57,629 nucleotides of DNA from Bacteroidales bacterium (GTDB taxonomy: Bacteria; Bacteroidota; Bacteroidia; Bacteroidales; VadinHA17), in the NCBI GenBank assembly GCA_034004335.1, contig JAVEWX010000003.1, forward strand, positions 1 through 57,629, read 5' to 3'. The translations under genes were made by a program, and so were the position numbers. This document shows, piece by piece, positions 1 to 10,300 of this stretch (its first letter is position 1; the number at the start of each line of letters is the position of its first letter). The notes beneath the pieces are model-generated. The model saw only the letters and a program-made list of their open reading frames with translations, was not told the origin of the DNA and searched no databases.

Positions 1-84
1 GTCTTTGCACCGCTCATCGATCACTATGTCGTGGGGGCAGGCATAAGGAGAAGAATGAAAAGAGCCACACTACTTAAAGCCTAA
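1..84 (+). CDS. nqrB: 3' end of Na+-translocating NADH:quinone oxidoreductase subunit B (partial; start lies outside the window)
   Basis: Frame 1 reads VFAPLIDHYVVGAGIRRRMKRATLLKA-stop and ends 4 nt before nqrC. Its position upstream of nqrCDEF fits the conserved nqrABCDEF order. Only 27 aa are visible. Confidence 0.6.
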   Translation, partial: VFAPLIDHYVVGAGIRRRMKRATLLKA

Positions 85-88
85 GGTC

Positions 89-790
89 ATGAAAGATTTC
101 AGCAACAAATACATATTTGTCTTCTCAGTGACCATGGTCGCCATAGTGGCGGCACTCCTTTCCACAGCTGCAATGCTTCTTCAGCCCAGGCAGGAGCGCA
201 ACCGGGAAATTGAAAAGAAGAGAAACATCCTGGCATCTATAAGGATAGAGGCAGACAGATCGAATGCCTCAGACCTTTATTCACGTTTGATACGTGAAAG
301 CCTGGTTATCAATAATAATGGTGATAGTGTTGATAACATTGATCCTTTCAAGATTGACCTAAGGACAGAACAACGCAAGCCCGATGAGTTGCAGAACTTG
401 CCACTGTTCATCGCATATCCCTCAGATACTACCCGGGTGGTTATAATACCTCTCGAAGGCAAAGGCCTCTGGGGTCCGATTTACGGTTACATTTCGCTTG
501 AGTCAGATCTCAGCACGGTCTATGGGGTCAATTTTGACCACAAGGGCGAAACTCCCGGTTTGGGAGCCGAGATAAACACTTCCTGGTTCGAAGATATGTT
601 TACGGGCCTGAAGATTTTTGAAGGAGGCAGGTTCGTGTCAATACGGGTAATAAAGGGTGGAGCCCCCGCCGGCGACCCTCATGCAGTTGATGCAATATCG
701 GGAGGTACTATTACAAGCAACGGATTGCAGGACATGCTTTACGATTGCCTTTCCAGGTATGAAAAATATTTCAACAAAAACAGGTTATAG
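89..790 (+). CDS. nqrC: Na+-NQR subunit C
   Basis: 233 aa with an N-terminal TM helix and an FMN-attachment-type motif (ISGGTITSNG). It sits between the nqrB tail and nqrD with gaps of only a few nt. Confidence 0.9.
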   Translation: MKDFSNKYIFVFSVTMVAIVAALLSTAAMLLQPRQERNREIEKKRNILASIRIEADRSNASDLYSRLIRESLVINNNGDSVDNIDPFKIDLRTEQRKPDELQNLPLFIAYPSDTTRVVIIPLEGKGLWGPIYGYISLESDLSTVYGVNFDHKGETPGLGAEINTSWFEDMFTGLKIFEGGRFVSIRVIKGGAPAGDPHAVDAISGGTITSNGLQDMLYDCLSRYEKYFNKNRL

Positions 791-793
791 GCT

Positions 794-1447
794 ATGGATA
801 CACAGGAAAAGGAGCCGTTATTCTCGGCGAAAAACATCAAGCTTCTTACCGGGCCCCTGGGGTCATCAAACCCTATAACGGTACAGGTGCTGGGTATCTG
901 TTCCGCACTTGCGGTTACGGTTAAACTTAAGCCGGCACTTGTGATGGCACTTTCGGTGATCGTTGTACTTGCAGCGTCAAATGTTGTTATTTCAATGATG
1001 CGAAAATGGGTGCCCCAGAGAATCAGGATTATTGTGCAGCTTGTGGTAATTGCAACGATGGTCATTCTGGTTGATGAGTTTCTGAAGGCTTTTGCCTTTG
1101 ATGTCAGCAAGCAGCTTTCAGTATTTGTGGGTCTTATAATTACCAACTGTATAATTATGGGCAGACTCGAGGCTTTTGCCCTGGCTAACGATCCCTGGGA
1201 GTCATTCCTCGACGGAGTGGGCAATGCCTCAGGATACGGCATCATTCTTATCATCGTCGCCTTCTTCAGGGAACTGCTCGGTTCCGGAACCCTGCTCGGT
1301 TACCCCGTTATGGAAAAACTGGGCATCTTTTCCACCGGGTATGAAAACAACGGTATGATGATACTGCCTCCCATGGCCCTGATAACGCTGGGCTTAATAA
1401 TCTGGGTGCATAGGAGCAGGGACAAGAAACTGATTGAAAAGAATTAG
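794..1447 (+). CDS. nqrD: Na+-NQR subunit D
   Basis: 217-aa polytopic membrane protein. It has the NqrD/RnfE-type N-terminus (NPITVQVLGICSALAVT) and is in operon position. Confidence 0.9.
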   Translation: MDTQEKEPLFSAKNIKLLTGPLGSSNPITVQVLGICSALAVTVKLKPALVMALSVIVVLAASNVVISMMRKWVPQRIRIIVQLVVIATMVILVDEFLKAFAFDVSKQLSVFVGLIITNCIIMGRLEAFALANDPWESFLDGVGNASGYGIILIIVAFFRELLGSGTLLGYPVMEKLGIFSTGYENNGMMILPPMALITLGLIIWVHRSRDKKLIEKN

Positions 1448-1459
1448 AAACAGACAGCT

Positions 1460-2077
1460 ATGGAAAATCTCATTAACATATTTTTCAAGTCAGTATTCAT
1501 TGACAACATGATATTCGCATACTTCCTGGGTATGTGTTCCTATCTTGCTGTTTCGAAGACAGTCAAAACTTCAACCGGACTGGGTATTGCGGTAATATTT
1601 GTTCTTACCATCACCATACCTGTCAACTACCTTATCGAGAACTTACTCCTCAGGAAAGGAGCTCTGTCGTGGCTCGGTGAGAGATTTGTTGATGTCGATC
1701 TGAGTTTTCTTTCCTTCATTATGTATATCGCTGTCATAGCTTCGATAGTTCAGCTTGTTGAGATGATAATCGAGAAGTTTAGTCCGGCTCTCTACAATTC
1801 ACTCGGTATCTTTTTACCCCTTATTGCGGTGAACTGTGCCATTCTGGGGGGTGCCCTTTTTATGAGGGAGCGTGAGTATGCAAACATTGCAGAGGCTACC
1901 GTTTTTGGTTTTGGTTCAGGCGTGGGATGGTTTCTTGCCATAGTTGGCATCGCTGCCATAAGGGAAAAGTTAAGATACAGCAATGTGCCTGCTCCCCTTC
2001 GCGGACTGGGCATCACATTTATAATTACCGGCCTCATGGGCATAGCGTTCATGAGCTTTATGGGAATTAAACTTTAA
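1460..2077 (+). CDS. nqrE: Na+-NQR subunit E
   Basis: 205-aa polytopic membrane protein with the [12 protein letters not shown] motif typical of NqrE/RnfA. It is in operon position. Confidence 0.9.
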   Translation: MENLINIFFKSVFIDNMIFAYFLGMCSYLAVSKTVKTSTGLGIAVIFVLTITIPVNYLIENLLLRKGALSWLGERFVDVDLSFLSFIMYIAVIASIVQLVEMIIEKFSPALYNSLGIFLPLIAVNCAILGGALFMREREYANIAEATVFGFGSGVGWFLAIVGIAAIREKLRYSNVPAPLRGLGITFIITGLMGIAFMSFMGIKL

Positions 2078-2082
2078 CGGCA

Positions 2083-3348
2083 ATGATTGCAAATATGATA
2101 ACAGGACTTTCGACTGTCGGCACGATTCTGACCGGCATGGTGGTATTTCTTTTCGTAATACTCCTGCTGGTTGTCGTGCTTCTTTATGCCAGGAAGAAGC
2201 TTACTCCGCAGGGTGATGTTACGCTTAATATCAACGACAGGGAGCTGGTTGTTTCTCCCGGATCATCGATACTAAGCACCCTGTCGGCCAATGGTGTCTT
2301 TCTTCCCTCAGCCTGCGGAGGAGGAGGAACCTGTGGCATGTGCAAATGCCAGGTACTCGAGGGAGGGGGATCGATTCTGCCTACCGAGGTAAGTTTCTTC
2401 ACACGCCGTGAACAACATGAAAACTGGAGACTGGGCTGCCAGGTCAAGATCAGGGAGAATATGACTATACGGGTCCCTGAATCTGTTATGGGAATCAGAA
2501 AATGGGAGTGTGAGGTGATTTCCAACCACAACGTGGCAACTTTTATTAAGGAATTTGTTGTCAGGCTTCCTGAGGGTGAGGTTCTTGATTTCCAGTCAGG
2601 TGGCTATATACAGATTGATATTCCCAGGTATGAGATATCATTCCGCGACATGGAAATAGAGGCTGAGTACCGCACAGATTGGGATAAGCTCGGAATGTGG
2701 GATCTCAGGGCAAAGAACAGCACAGAAACCTACCGGGCATATTCAATGGCTAATCATCCGGCGGAGGGTAATATCATCATGCTCAACGTAAGAATAGCCA
2801 CCCCTCCATGGGACAACGTCAGGAAGCAATTCATGAAGGTTCCCCCGGGTATCAGTTCCTCCTACATTTTTACAAGGAAGCCCGGAGATAAGGTTGTGAT
2901 TTCCGGACCCTACGGTGAGTTTCATATTAAGAATACCGATAATGAGATGGTTTATATTGGCGGGGGCGCCGGAATGGCTCCGCTGCGTAGTCATATCTTC
3001 CATCTCTTCCAGACCCTCAGAACTAACAGGAAGGTAACATATTGGTATGGAGCCAGATCGATGAGGGAGATCTTCTATGAGGAGGAGTTCAGGAAGATCG
3101 AATCGGAATTCCCGAATTTCAAATTCAATATTGCTTTATCGGAACCACTTCCTGAGGATAACTGGAGTGGTTATATTGGCTTTATCCATAAGGTTCTTCT
3201 CGACAATTATCTGAGTAAACACGATGAGCCTGAGGATATTGAATATTACCTTTGCGGTCCCCCCATGATGAACAACGCCGTCTTCAGGATGCTTTATGAG
3301 CTTGGTGTTCCGGATGAGAACATCGCTTTTGATGATTTTGGGGGCTAA
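2083..3348 (+). CDS. nqrF: Na+-NQR subunit F (2Fe-2S ferredoxin plus FAD/NADH-binding reductase)
   Basis: 421 aa with an N-terminal TM helix and the plant-type ferredoxin Cys cluster [12 protein letters not shown]. The C-terminal part looks like a ferredoxin-NADP reductase module ([15 protein letters not shown]). Confidence 0.92.
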   Translation: MIANMITGLSTVGTILTGMVVFLFVILLLVVVLLYARKKLTPQGDVTLNINDRELVVSPGSSILSTLSANGVFLPSACGGGGTCGMCKCQVLEGGGSILPTEVSFFTRREQHENWRLGCQVKIRENMTIRVPESVMGIRKWECEVISNHNVATFIKEFVVRLPEGEVLDFQSGGYIQIDIPRYEISFRDMEIEAEYRTDWDKLGMWDLRAKNSTETYRAYSMANHPAEGNIIMLNVRIATPPWDNVRKQFMKVPPGISSSYIFTRKPGDKVVISGPYGEFHIKNTDNEMVYIGGGAGMAPLRSHIFHLFQTLRTNRKVTYWYGARSMREIFYEEEFRKIESEFPNFKFNIALSEPLPEDNWSGYIGFIHKVLLDNYLSKHDEPEDIEYYLCGPPMMNNAVFRMLYELGVPDENIAFDDFGG

Positions 3349-3412
3349 CCGGGCAACGAACGGGGAGAATTGAAATGCACCCGGATGTGTTCGGGTCATA
3401 ATATGAAAAGGA

Positions 3413-3441
3413 GAAAGGGCTGCGGGGAGCAGCCCTTTCTT
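3413..3441 (+). terminator. Stem-loop downstream of nqrF (putative intrinsic terminator)
   Basis: Perfect 11-bp stem gaaagggctgc / gcagccctttc (3413-3423 pairs with 3429-3439) around a 5-nt loop, followed by ttaatt. It lies about 65 nt after the nqrF stop. Confidence 0.5.
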
Positions 3442-3663
3442 AATTGGGGAAAGGGGGGAATGTGTAAAACTGACCCTGAAATGTGAATCGAAGACCTTAG
3501 AGTCATCAGTCAAAACTATGTAATAAAAACTTCTCTACAATATTATTTTGGCGAACACAACTTTTCCGTGGATGAACGGGCCTTTTTAATTGAGGAACGT
3601 TTTCAGGGTTGAAATTAAAAAAGTAATATTGTATGTATCAAATCACAGAAAAAACCGGTTAAG

Positions 3664-4674
3664 GTGATGAACAGGCTGTTATTGATGCTTCACTTGATGA
3701 TCATCCTGGCCTCATCATGTGGAAGGGAGGCTCTGTACCAGAATTACTTCGGGGAGACTCAGGGCACTACATTCAATATCCTGTACCAGGAGAAACCGTT
3801 TCTCAATATTAACGCCACCAACAAGGCCATAGACAGCAGGCTGTCAGAGATAGACAGGACATTCTCACTGTATAACAGCGGGTCTCTTCTCTCGGCCATA
3901 AACAGAAACGAGGAGATATCTGTTGATTCTCTTTTTACGGAGTTATTCACATTGTCGATGAACATCTCTGAACTCACCGGGGGACTCTATGATCCTACGG
4001 TTGGGCCGTTGGTCAGGGCATGGGGTTTTGGACCGGATGCAATCCGGAACTTCGATCCGACCCTGGTTGACAGCCTGATGAACCTTGTCGGATTCAGGAA
4101 GGTGAGAATTGAGGATGGCTGCCTGATGAAAGATAATCCTGGCATATGTCTCGACATGAATGCTATCGCCCAGGGTTTTACTGTTGACCTTATCTGCAGG
4201 CTTCTCGATGAACTGGGTATCAGGAGCTATCTGGTTGAGATTGGAGGTGAAGTGAGGGCGAAGGGTATGAGGGGAGACAGGTTGTGGAGGGTTGGTGTTG
4301 ACAGACCTGTTGATGGGAATATTTATCCGGGCAGAGATCTTGCGGCAATTATTGAGCTTGACAATGAGGCTCTTGCCACCTCAGGCAACTATCGCAGGTT
4401 CTATGTTGAGGATGGGGTGAAATATTCCCATACCATTAATCCGCTGACAGGTATGCCCGCCAGGAACCGGATCCTCAGCGCCACGGTAATATCGGATAAT
4501 GCAGCCACGGCTGATGCTTTTGCCACTGCCTGCATGGTTGCCGGTCCGGCTGGCGCCATGGAGATGATAAACAGATATGATTTCCTCGAAGGATACCTTA
4601 TTTACTCAGGTGATGCGGGAGAGTTTCTTACGTGGACCTCTGCAGGGCTTACCGGAAGGCTGAAAGAGGAATGA
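3664..4674 (+). CDS. apbE: FAD:protein FMN transferase (ApbE family lipoprotein)
   Basis: 336 aa with a signal peptide and lipobox (ILASSCG). ApbE-type motifs are present: NAIAQGF, ATSGNYRRF, HTINPLTG. The start is GTG at 3664 or ATG at 3667. It is separated from nqrF by about 315 bp that contain a hairpin. Confidence 0.85.
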   Translation: MMNRLLLMLHLMIILASSCGREALYQNYFGETQGTTFNILYQEKPFLNINATNKAIDSRLSEIDRTFSLYNSGSLLSAINRNEEISVDSLFTELFTLSMNISELTGGLYDPTVGPLVRAWGFGPDAIRNFDPTLVDSLMNLVGFRKVRIEDGCLMKDNPGICLDMNAIAQGFTVDLICRLLDELGIRSYLVEIGGEVRAKGMRGDRLWRVGVDRPVDGNIYPGRDLAAIIELDNEALATSGNYRRFYVEDGVKYSHTINPLTGMPARNRILSATVISDNAATADAFATACMVAGPAGAMEMINRYDFLEGYLIYSGDAGEFLTWTSAGLTGRLKEE

Positions 4675-4680
4675 CCGCCA

Positions 4681-4902
4681 CTACTCCTTACGGCATGCGG
4701 CACAACCCGGGAGTTCATTGTCGGGATGACAACCCACGTCGATATTCTTCGCACAGGAGATACCAAGTTTCTTCATTTGCCTGTTATGACCGACATGTGT
4801 CTCGGGGAACTTGCCTGATGATTCCAGTAACATCCTTATCCCCAGTCCGGCAAGGGCTATCAGTATCAGTACGGAGCTTATTATTAGCAGATTGATAAAC
4901 AT
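4681..4902 (-). CDS. Small single-pass membrane protein with a four-Cys C-terminal tail
   Basis: I use the internal ATG at 4902 of the 102-aa ORF, giving 73 aa. The product is MFINLLIISSVLILIALAGLGI (one TM helix) followed by ...GKFPETHVGHNRQMKKLGISCAKNIDVGCHPDNELPGCAACRKE. It is convergent with apbE, with 6 nt between the two stops. Coding status is supported only by this TM-plus-tail pattern. Confidence 0.5.
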   Translation of the reverse strand: MFINLLIISSVLILIALAGLGIRMLLESSGKFPETHVGHNRQMKKLGISCAKNIDVGCHPDNELPGCAACRKE

Positions 4903-5074
4903 ATTAAGATTTCTAAGTGTGGTTGTGCAATTATACCGGGTTACCACCGGAACAGGGGGCGCTCCCCGGACACTGCAAATATATTCCAATTACTTTCTGC
5001 CTGTTAAACAACTGTAGTTTTTTTTTGTTTATTGTGCATACTACATTAAACGACAAACAGAACATATATTAACC

Positions 5075-7498
5075 ATGAAGAAAGAAATCAAACCGTCCGA
5101 AAAGAAGATTAACAGGGAGGAGATCCTCGCAGACTACAGGCTTGCCAGTCTCAGCAGGATCTTGAGCATAATGGGTCGCAAGGAGGTTCTCAGCGGCAGG
5201 GCCAAGTTCGGAATTTTCGGTGACGGCAAGGAGATTATTCAGATATCCATGGCGAAGCAGTTCATGGATGGAGACTGGCGATCGGGTTATTATCGCGACC
5301 AGACCTGGATGATGGCCATGGGGCTTTATTCACCGGTGGAATTCTGGCACCAGCTTTATGGCAATACCGATAAAACGATCAATCCCGGTTCGGGAGGGAG
5401 GGTTTTCAACAACCATTTCTCAACTCCTAACATCAATCCCGATGGTACATGGAAAGACCTTACCCGGCAGAAGAATTCCTCGTCGGATATATCACCCACC
5501 GCAGGACAGATGCCACGTCTTCTCGGTCTGGCGCTGGCTTCAAAGCTCTATCGCGGGAACAGTGAGTTGCATAAATATACTACCTTCTCAAGGAAGGGTG
5601 ATGAGGTTGCCTTCGGTTCCATAGGAGATGCAAGCACTTCGGAGGGCCATTTCTGGGAGACTATGAATGCCGCAGGTGTGCTGCAGGTTCCAATGGCGGT
5701 ATCGGTATACGACAACGGCTATGGCATTTCGGTTCCAAAAGAATACCAGACTACCAAGGGAAGCATCTCAGAAATAATGAAGGGTTTTGAACGTGAGAGA
5801 GGAAAAACGAGCGGTATTCTGATTTATAAGGGCAAGGGCTGGGACTACCCCGGCCTGCTTAAGATGTATGAAGAGGGTATTGCAAAAAGCCGCAAGGAGC
5901 ACGTGCCTGTTCTTTTCCACGTAGACGAGGTGGCACAGCCGCTGGGTCATTCGACGTCAGGGTCTCATGAGCGTTACAAGAGCGAAGAGAGACTCAGGTG
6001 GGAAAATGAGTTTGACCCTATCGTTAAAATGAGGGAGTGGATACTCGACAATGCTATTGCAACAGTTGAGGAGTTGTCAGCCATTGAACAGGATACTGAG
6101 AACGAGGCCAGGGAGGCAAAAAAAACTGCGTGGGAGATGTTCCAGACCCCCATAAAAATTGAGAGGGATGCGCTGGTAAGGATCATTGAAGAACGGAAAT
6201 GCAGATGCGCCGAGACTGCAAAGGAGAGTGACGTGGAGGAGATTGTAGCCGACCTGAAAAAGGTTCTCACACCAATCAGGAAGGACAACTTCATGGCAGC
6301 TAGAAAGATACTGAGGAACGTATGCGGTACCTGCCCTAAGGCAGACAGCCTGCGTGAGGAGATGCAAGGATGGCTCCGCCGCAACTATGCCGATGCCGCC
6401 AGGGCCTACAACACTTATCTTTACAACGAAACTGATACTTCTGTAATGAAGGTCAAGCCGGTGGCCCCGGTCTTCAGCGACAATTCGCCTGAAGTGCCAG
6501 GCAGGCAGGTTCTGAGGGACAACTGGGACAGACTCTTCGAAAAGTACCCTTTATTGGTCACATTCGGTGAGGATGCAGGTCGCATAGGAGGTGTAAACCA
6601 GTCATATGAAGGTCTCCAGAAGAAATATGGGGAGTTGAGGATCACCGATACAGGCATTAGGGAAGCAACAATCCTGGGACAGGGTATTGGTTTGGCACTC
6701 AGGGGCATGAGGCCCGTAGCGGAGATACAGTATCTCGATTATCTCATGTATGCCCTGCAGACCATGAGTGACGATCTTGCATCAACCCATTATCGCACCG
6801 CAGGCGGTATGATAGCGCCTGTCATCGTAAGCACCCGTGGTCACAGACTTGAGGGGATATGGCATTCAGGATCACCAATCAGTATGCTTATAAACTCGGT
6901 ACGGGGTGTTTATGTTTGTGTCCCACGCGATATGACCAGGGCTGCAGGTTTCTATAACACCCTGATGGAGGGTCAGGATCCTGCCGTTGTAATAGAGCCA
7001 CTGAACGGCTACCGGCTGAAGGAGAGGCTGCCCGACAACATCGGTGATTACAGGATACCTCTCGGTGTTCCCGAGATCCTTCACATGGGTGATGACATTA
7101 CCATAGTCTCCTACGGTTCGACAATTAAGGTTGCACTTGAGGCGGTGAAGCAGCTTGAAAAGCACGGCATTAATGCGGAGCTTATAGATGTGCAGACCCT
7201 TGTGCCCTTCGATATTACGGGAACCATAATCGAATCGCTCAGGAAGACGGGGAGAATACTGTTTCTCGATGAAGATGTCCCCGGAGGAACAACAGCCTTC
7301 ATGATGCAACAGGTGTTGGAGAAGCAGGGCGGATGGAGATTCCTCGACAGCGAACCTCATACGCTTTCTGCCAGGGAACACAGGCCGGCCTATACCACCG
7401 ACGGAGACTATTTTTCGAAACCCAATGCTGAAGATATTTTCGACACTGTGTACGGGATAATGCATGAGGCAAATCCCGTAAAGTACAGGAGGTATTAG
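5075..7498 (+). CDS. Fused alpha/beta E1 component of a 2-oxoacid (branched-chain/pyruvate type) dehydrogenase, TPP-dependent
   Basis: 807 aa. The N-terminal half has a TPP-binding E1-alpha-like region (GSIGDASTSEG ... YDNGYGIS). The C-terminal half is E1-beta/transketolase-like (FGEDAG, TGIREATILG, STRGHRLEG). Confidence 0.8.
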   Translation: MKKEIKPSEKKINREEILADYRLASLSRILSIMGRKEVLSGRAKFGIFGDGKEIIQISMAKQFMDGDWRSGYYRDQTWMMAMGLYSPVEFWHQLYGNTDKTINPGSGGRVFNNHFSTPNINPDGTWKDLTRQKNSSSDISPTAGQMPRLLGLALASKLYRGNSELHKYTTFSRKGDEVAFGSIGDASTSEGHFWETMNAAGVLQVPMAVSVYDNGYGISVPKEYQTTKGSISEIMKGFERERGKTSGILIYKGKGWDYPGLLKMYEEGIAKSRKEHVPVLFHVDEVAQPLGHSTSGSHERYKSEERLRWENEFDPIVKMREWILDNAIATVEELSAIEQDTENEAREAKKTAWEMFQTPIKIERDALVRIIEERKCRCAETAKESDVEEIVADLKKVLTPIRKDNFMAARKILRNVCGTCPKADSLREEMQGWLRRNYADAARAYNTYLYNETDTSVMKVKPVAPVFSDNSPEVPGRQVLRDNWDRLFEKYPLLVTFGEDAGRIGGVNQSYEGLQKKYGELRITDTGIREATILGQGIGLALRGMRPVAEIQYLDYLMYALQTMSDDLASTHYRTAGGMIAPVIVSTRGHRLEGIWHSGSPISMLINSVRGVYVCVPRDMTRAAGFYNTLMEGQDPAVVIEPLNGYRLKERLPDNIGDYRIPLGVPEILHMGDDITIVSYGSTIKVALEAVKQLEKHGINAELIDVQTLVPFDITGTIIESLRKTGRILFLDEDVPGGTTAFMMQQVLEKQGGWRFLDSEPHTLSAREHRPAYTTDGDYFSKPNAEDIFDTVYGIMHEANPVKYRRY

Positions 7499-7552
7499 TC
7501 ACTGTATCGGAAAACAGAAAAGGCAGGGACATGAAGGGTCCCATCAGACCTC

Positions 7553-9040
7553 TTATACGTCTTTCCTTTCCTCCAGGTCGAGGGGATGCTCAGGAGTGGG
7601 ATCATCGGAGAACCGCTTGATCTTGATATTGAAGGCGGCCATGAACACGCTCATGAATGGGCTGATGATATTGAAGAAAGCGTAAGGCGCATAGCTCCAT
7701 ACAGATACTCCAAGAACCTTTGACTGAGTGGCGCCGCAGGTGTTCCACGGTATCAGAACCGAAGTTACCGTACCTGAGTCTTCAAGCGACCGGCTGAGCA
7801 GTTCAGGTTTGAAGCCCATGTCGCGATACATCTTTGAAAACATTCTTCCGGGAACCACAATGCTCAGGTACTGATCGGAGGCAGTGACATTGAAAAACAG
7901 GCATGTGGCCACTGTCGAACCTACCAGCGACCCGGCATTGTGAACCATCTTCATAATGTACTGCGTTATCTTGGCAAGCATTCCCGCAGCCTCCATAATA
8001 CCACCGAACACCATGGCCGATATTATCAGCCAGATAGTGTTCAGCATGCCGGCCATTCCGCCAGTGGTAAGCAGTTCATTGACAGTGTCGTTGTCGGTAG
8101 TTACCGACACCGCGCCAAACATGGCCTTCATCACTCCGATATATGTGTTTTTGAAGAATGAGCCGTTGGAAGCTACTATTTCGCTTACTATATGGGGCTG
8201 GAAAATGATCGCGCATACCGCACCGGCAAGCGTCCCGAAGATCAGGCTGGGAAGAGGCGGCACCTTCATGGCAATGACAAAGATCAGCAGGGCCGGCACA
8301 AGCAGGAGAACCGGTGAGATATAGAATGTCTCCCTGATTGAGGTGAGAACATTTTCAACGTTGGCGGGGGTTCCGCCGAAATTATAGCTGAACCCTATCA
8401 CCAGGAAGATAATCAGGGTGATTGTCATGGTAGGTGCCGTTGTCAGGACCATATACCTTATATGTGTGAACAGGTCGGTTCCTGCCATTGCCGGGGCGAG
8501 GTTGGTTGTGTCCGACAGGGGTGACATCTTGTCGCCGAAGTAGGCCCCGGAAATTATCGCTCCGGCCACGATGCCCTCTTTAATGCCCAGGGTGACACCA
8601 ATACCGAGCAAAGCGACGCCAATGGTAGCCACTGTCGACCATGAGCTGCCTGTAGCGAGGGACACCACTGAGCAGATTACCACGGTGGCGAAAAGGAAGA
8701 TCTTGGGATTGAGTATCTGAAGCCCGTAGTAGATGAGCATTGGCACAACCCCGCTTATCATCCAGGTGCCGGCCAGGGAACCTATGAGAAAAAGAATCAG
8801 TATCGAAGGCATTGCGGAACCGATACTCTGAACCACCTTAGCCCTTACATCGAGCCATTTGTGGCCAAGATTGACTGATATTATACCTGCAATTGTTGCA
8901 GCAAGAATCAGGGCAATCTGGTTTGCTCCGTCAAGGGTATGGTCACCAAAATACTTAACATTAAGAACGAGAAAAGTAATGAGAAATACCAGCGGAAACA
9001 GTGACTGCAGAAGTGTGGGATTCTTGATGGACTTTGTCAT
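7553..9040 (-). CDS. nhaC: Na+/H+ antiporter, NhaC family
   Basis: 495-aa polytopic membrane protein of about 12 TM helices, with an NhaC-like N-terminus and overall pattern (GANQIALILAATIAG ...). Confidence 0.8.
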   Translation of the reverse strand: MTKSIKNPTLLQSLFPLVFLITFLVLNVKYFGDHTLDGANQIALILAATIAGIISVNLGHKWLDVRAKVVQSIGSAMPSILILFLIGSLAGTWMISGVVPMLIYYGLQILNPKIFLFATVVICSVVSLATGSSWSTVATIGVALLGIGVTLGIKEGIVAGAIISGAYFGDKMSPLSDTTNLAPAMAGTDLFTHIRYMVLTTAPTMTITLIIFLVIGFSYNFGGTPANVENVLTSIRETFYISPVLLLVPALLIFVIAMKVPPLPSLIFGTLAGAVCAIIFQPHIVSEIVASNGSFFKNTYIGVMKAMFGAVSVTTDNDTVNELLTTGGMAGMLNTIWLIISAMVFGGIMEAAGMLAKITQYIMKMVHNAGSLVGSTVATCLFFNVTASDQYLSIVVPGRMFSKMYRDMGFKPELLSRSLEDSGTVTSVLIPWNTCGATQSKVLGVSVWSYAPYAFFNIISPFMSVFMAAFNIKIKRFSDDPTPEHPLDLEERKDV

Positions 9041-9200
9041 CTTGGCGGTTCACGATTAATGTAAAGGTGCGCAATATACTTTTTTTTTCCAAAACGGGAA
9101 CTTCTGTGCAACATCAGTGGCATGTTTTATGTTATACGTTGTGTGAAAATATTTGACTGGCCGGCATTTTTTGCTTATTTTTCTGAAGCAAAGGTTTGTT

Positions 9201-9791
9201 ATGGAACATGAGCTTGATTTCTTCACAATCAATCCGGAAGACAAGATTGCGGAAAAGGGGCGTATTCTTATCTCGGAACCCTTTCTTGCCGATTCTTTCT
9301 TCAGCAGGAGCCTTGTCTACCTCGTCGACCACAGTGATGAGGGCAGCGTGGGATTTATTATCAACAAGTCGCTCGACATAAATATAGAAAATACACTTGA
9401 CGGGTTCGAGAACTTCCATGACACAATATCAATGGGAGGCCCGGTAGCTGCGAATACCCTTCACTACATACATACAATGGGTGATATTATCCCCGGAAGC
9501 TTCAGGGTTAGTGACAACATCTCCTGGGGAGGTGATCTCGATGTGATCAGGAAGCTTTCAGCGGAGGGTAAGATAACCAGCAACATGATCAGGTTCTTCC
9601 TGGGATATTCGGGATGGAGTGCGGGCCAGTTGCAGAAGGAGTTGAATGAAAACTCATGGGTAATTGCTACGGTTAAGCCTGACACAATAATGAGATGCCG
9701 CAGCGAAGACTCGTGGAAAACCATTCTGAGAGGCATCAATAAGAAATACAGGATATGGGCCGACTTTCCGGAGTCGCCCGAGATGAACTGA
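9201..9791 (+). CDS. YqgE/AlgH family protein (UPF0301)
   Basis: The family-typical core is present: FFSRSLVYLVDHSDEGSVGFIINK ... GGPV ... GYSGWSAGQL. I prefer the ATG at 9201 over the ORF start at 9153 because it gives the usual family length. Confidence 0.8.
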   Translation: MEHELDFFTINPEDKIAEKGRILISEPFLADSFFSRSLVYLVDHSDEGSVGFIINKSLDINIENTLDGFENFHDTISMGGPVAANTLHYIHTMGDIIPGSFRVSDNISWGGDLDVIRKLSAEGKITSNMIRFFLGYSGWSAGQLQKELNENSWVIATVKPDTIMRCRSEDSWKTILRGINKKYRIWADFPESPEMN

Positions 9792-9810
9792 CAATCCTCC
9801 TTACTCTCTT

Positions 9811-10299
9811 TCAGAGACTGTTGATGCCGGCGTGGTCGAGCAGGTTGCTGTTGGTTGTAATTTTTATCCCCCTTATGCCTGCTCTGGCAGCAGCCTCAAT
9901 ATCAACATCGCTGTCACCTATCATGACAGATTTTTCCCTTTCAATGTCATGTTCGGCTATTGCCCTTTCAAAAAGCAAATGTCCCGGCTTCCTGCACTCA
10001 CATGTTTTATTGTCGGGGTGATGGGGGCAATAATATACGGCAGTGATGGTGATGCCTTCCATGCCAAGGGCGCTGGTCATGTACTCATGCAGTTTTTGCG
10101 TATCCTCTTCCGTGTGAACCGATTTTGATATTCCCCCCTGGTTGGTAATTACGATCAGCAGATAACCCTTATCCCTTAACTTGCGAAGAGCTTCAGGAAT
10201 ACCCTCGTTAAAGATAAAATCCTCCTTACGGAAGATATAATAACTCCCGCCCTTGCGGTTGATAACACCGTCACGGTCAAGAAAAACAGCTTTGTTCAT
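9811..10299 (-). CDS. gmhB: D,D-heptose 1,7-bisphosphate phosphatase / HAD-IIIA hydrolase
   Basis: HAD motif I is present (VFLDRDGVIN), as is the GmhB-type zinc motif (CPHHPDNKTCECRKPG) and GDSDVD. I prefer the ATG at 10299, which leaves a 1-nt gap to the holA stop at 10301. Confidence 0.75.
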   Translation of the reverse strand: MNKAVFLDRDGVINRKGGSYYIFRKEDFIFNEGIPEALRKLRDKGYLLIVITNQGGISKSVHTEEDTQKLHEYMTSALGMEGITITAVYYCPHHPDNKTCECRKPGHLLFERAIAEHDIEREKSVMIGDSDVDIEAAARAGIRGIKITTNSNLLDHAGINSL

Positions 10300-10300
10300 G

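Noticed and set aside
739-1254. A 171-aa minus-strand ORF antisense to nqrC/nqrD. Many similar long antisense ORFs occur elsewhere, for example 6872-7465, 12249-12839, 24929-25483, 26462-26992 and 40670-41305.
   Set aside because: Each lies entirely inside, or spans the junction of, a well-supported gene on the opposite strand. Their composition is low-complexity and Ser/Arg/Pro-rich with no recognisable motifs. They are shadow ORFs.
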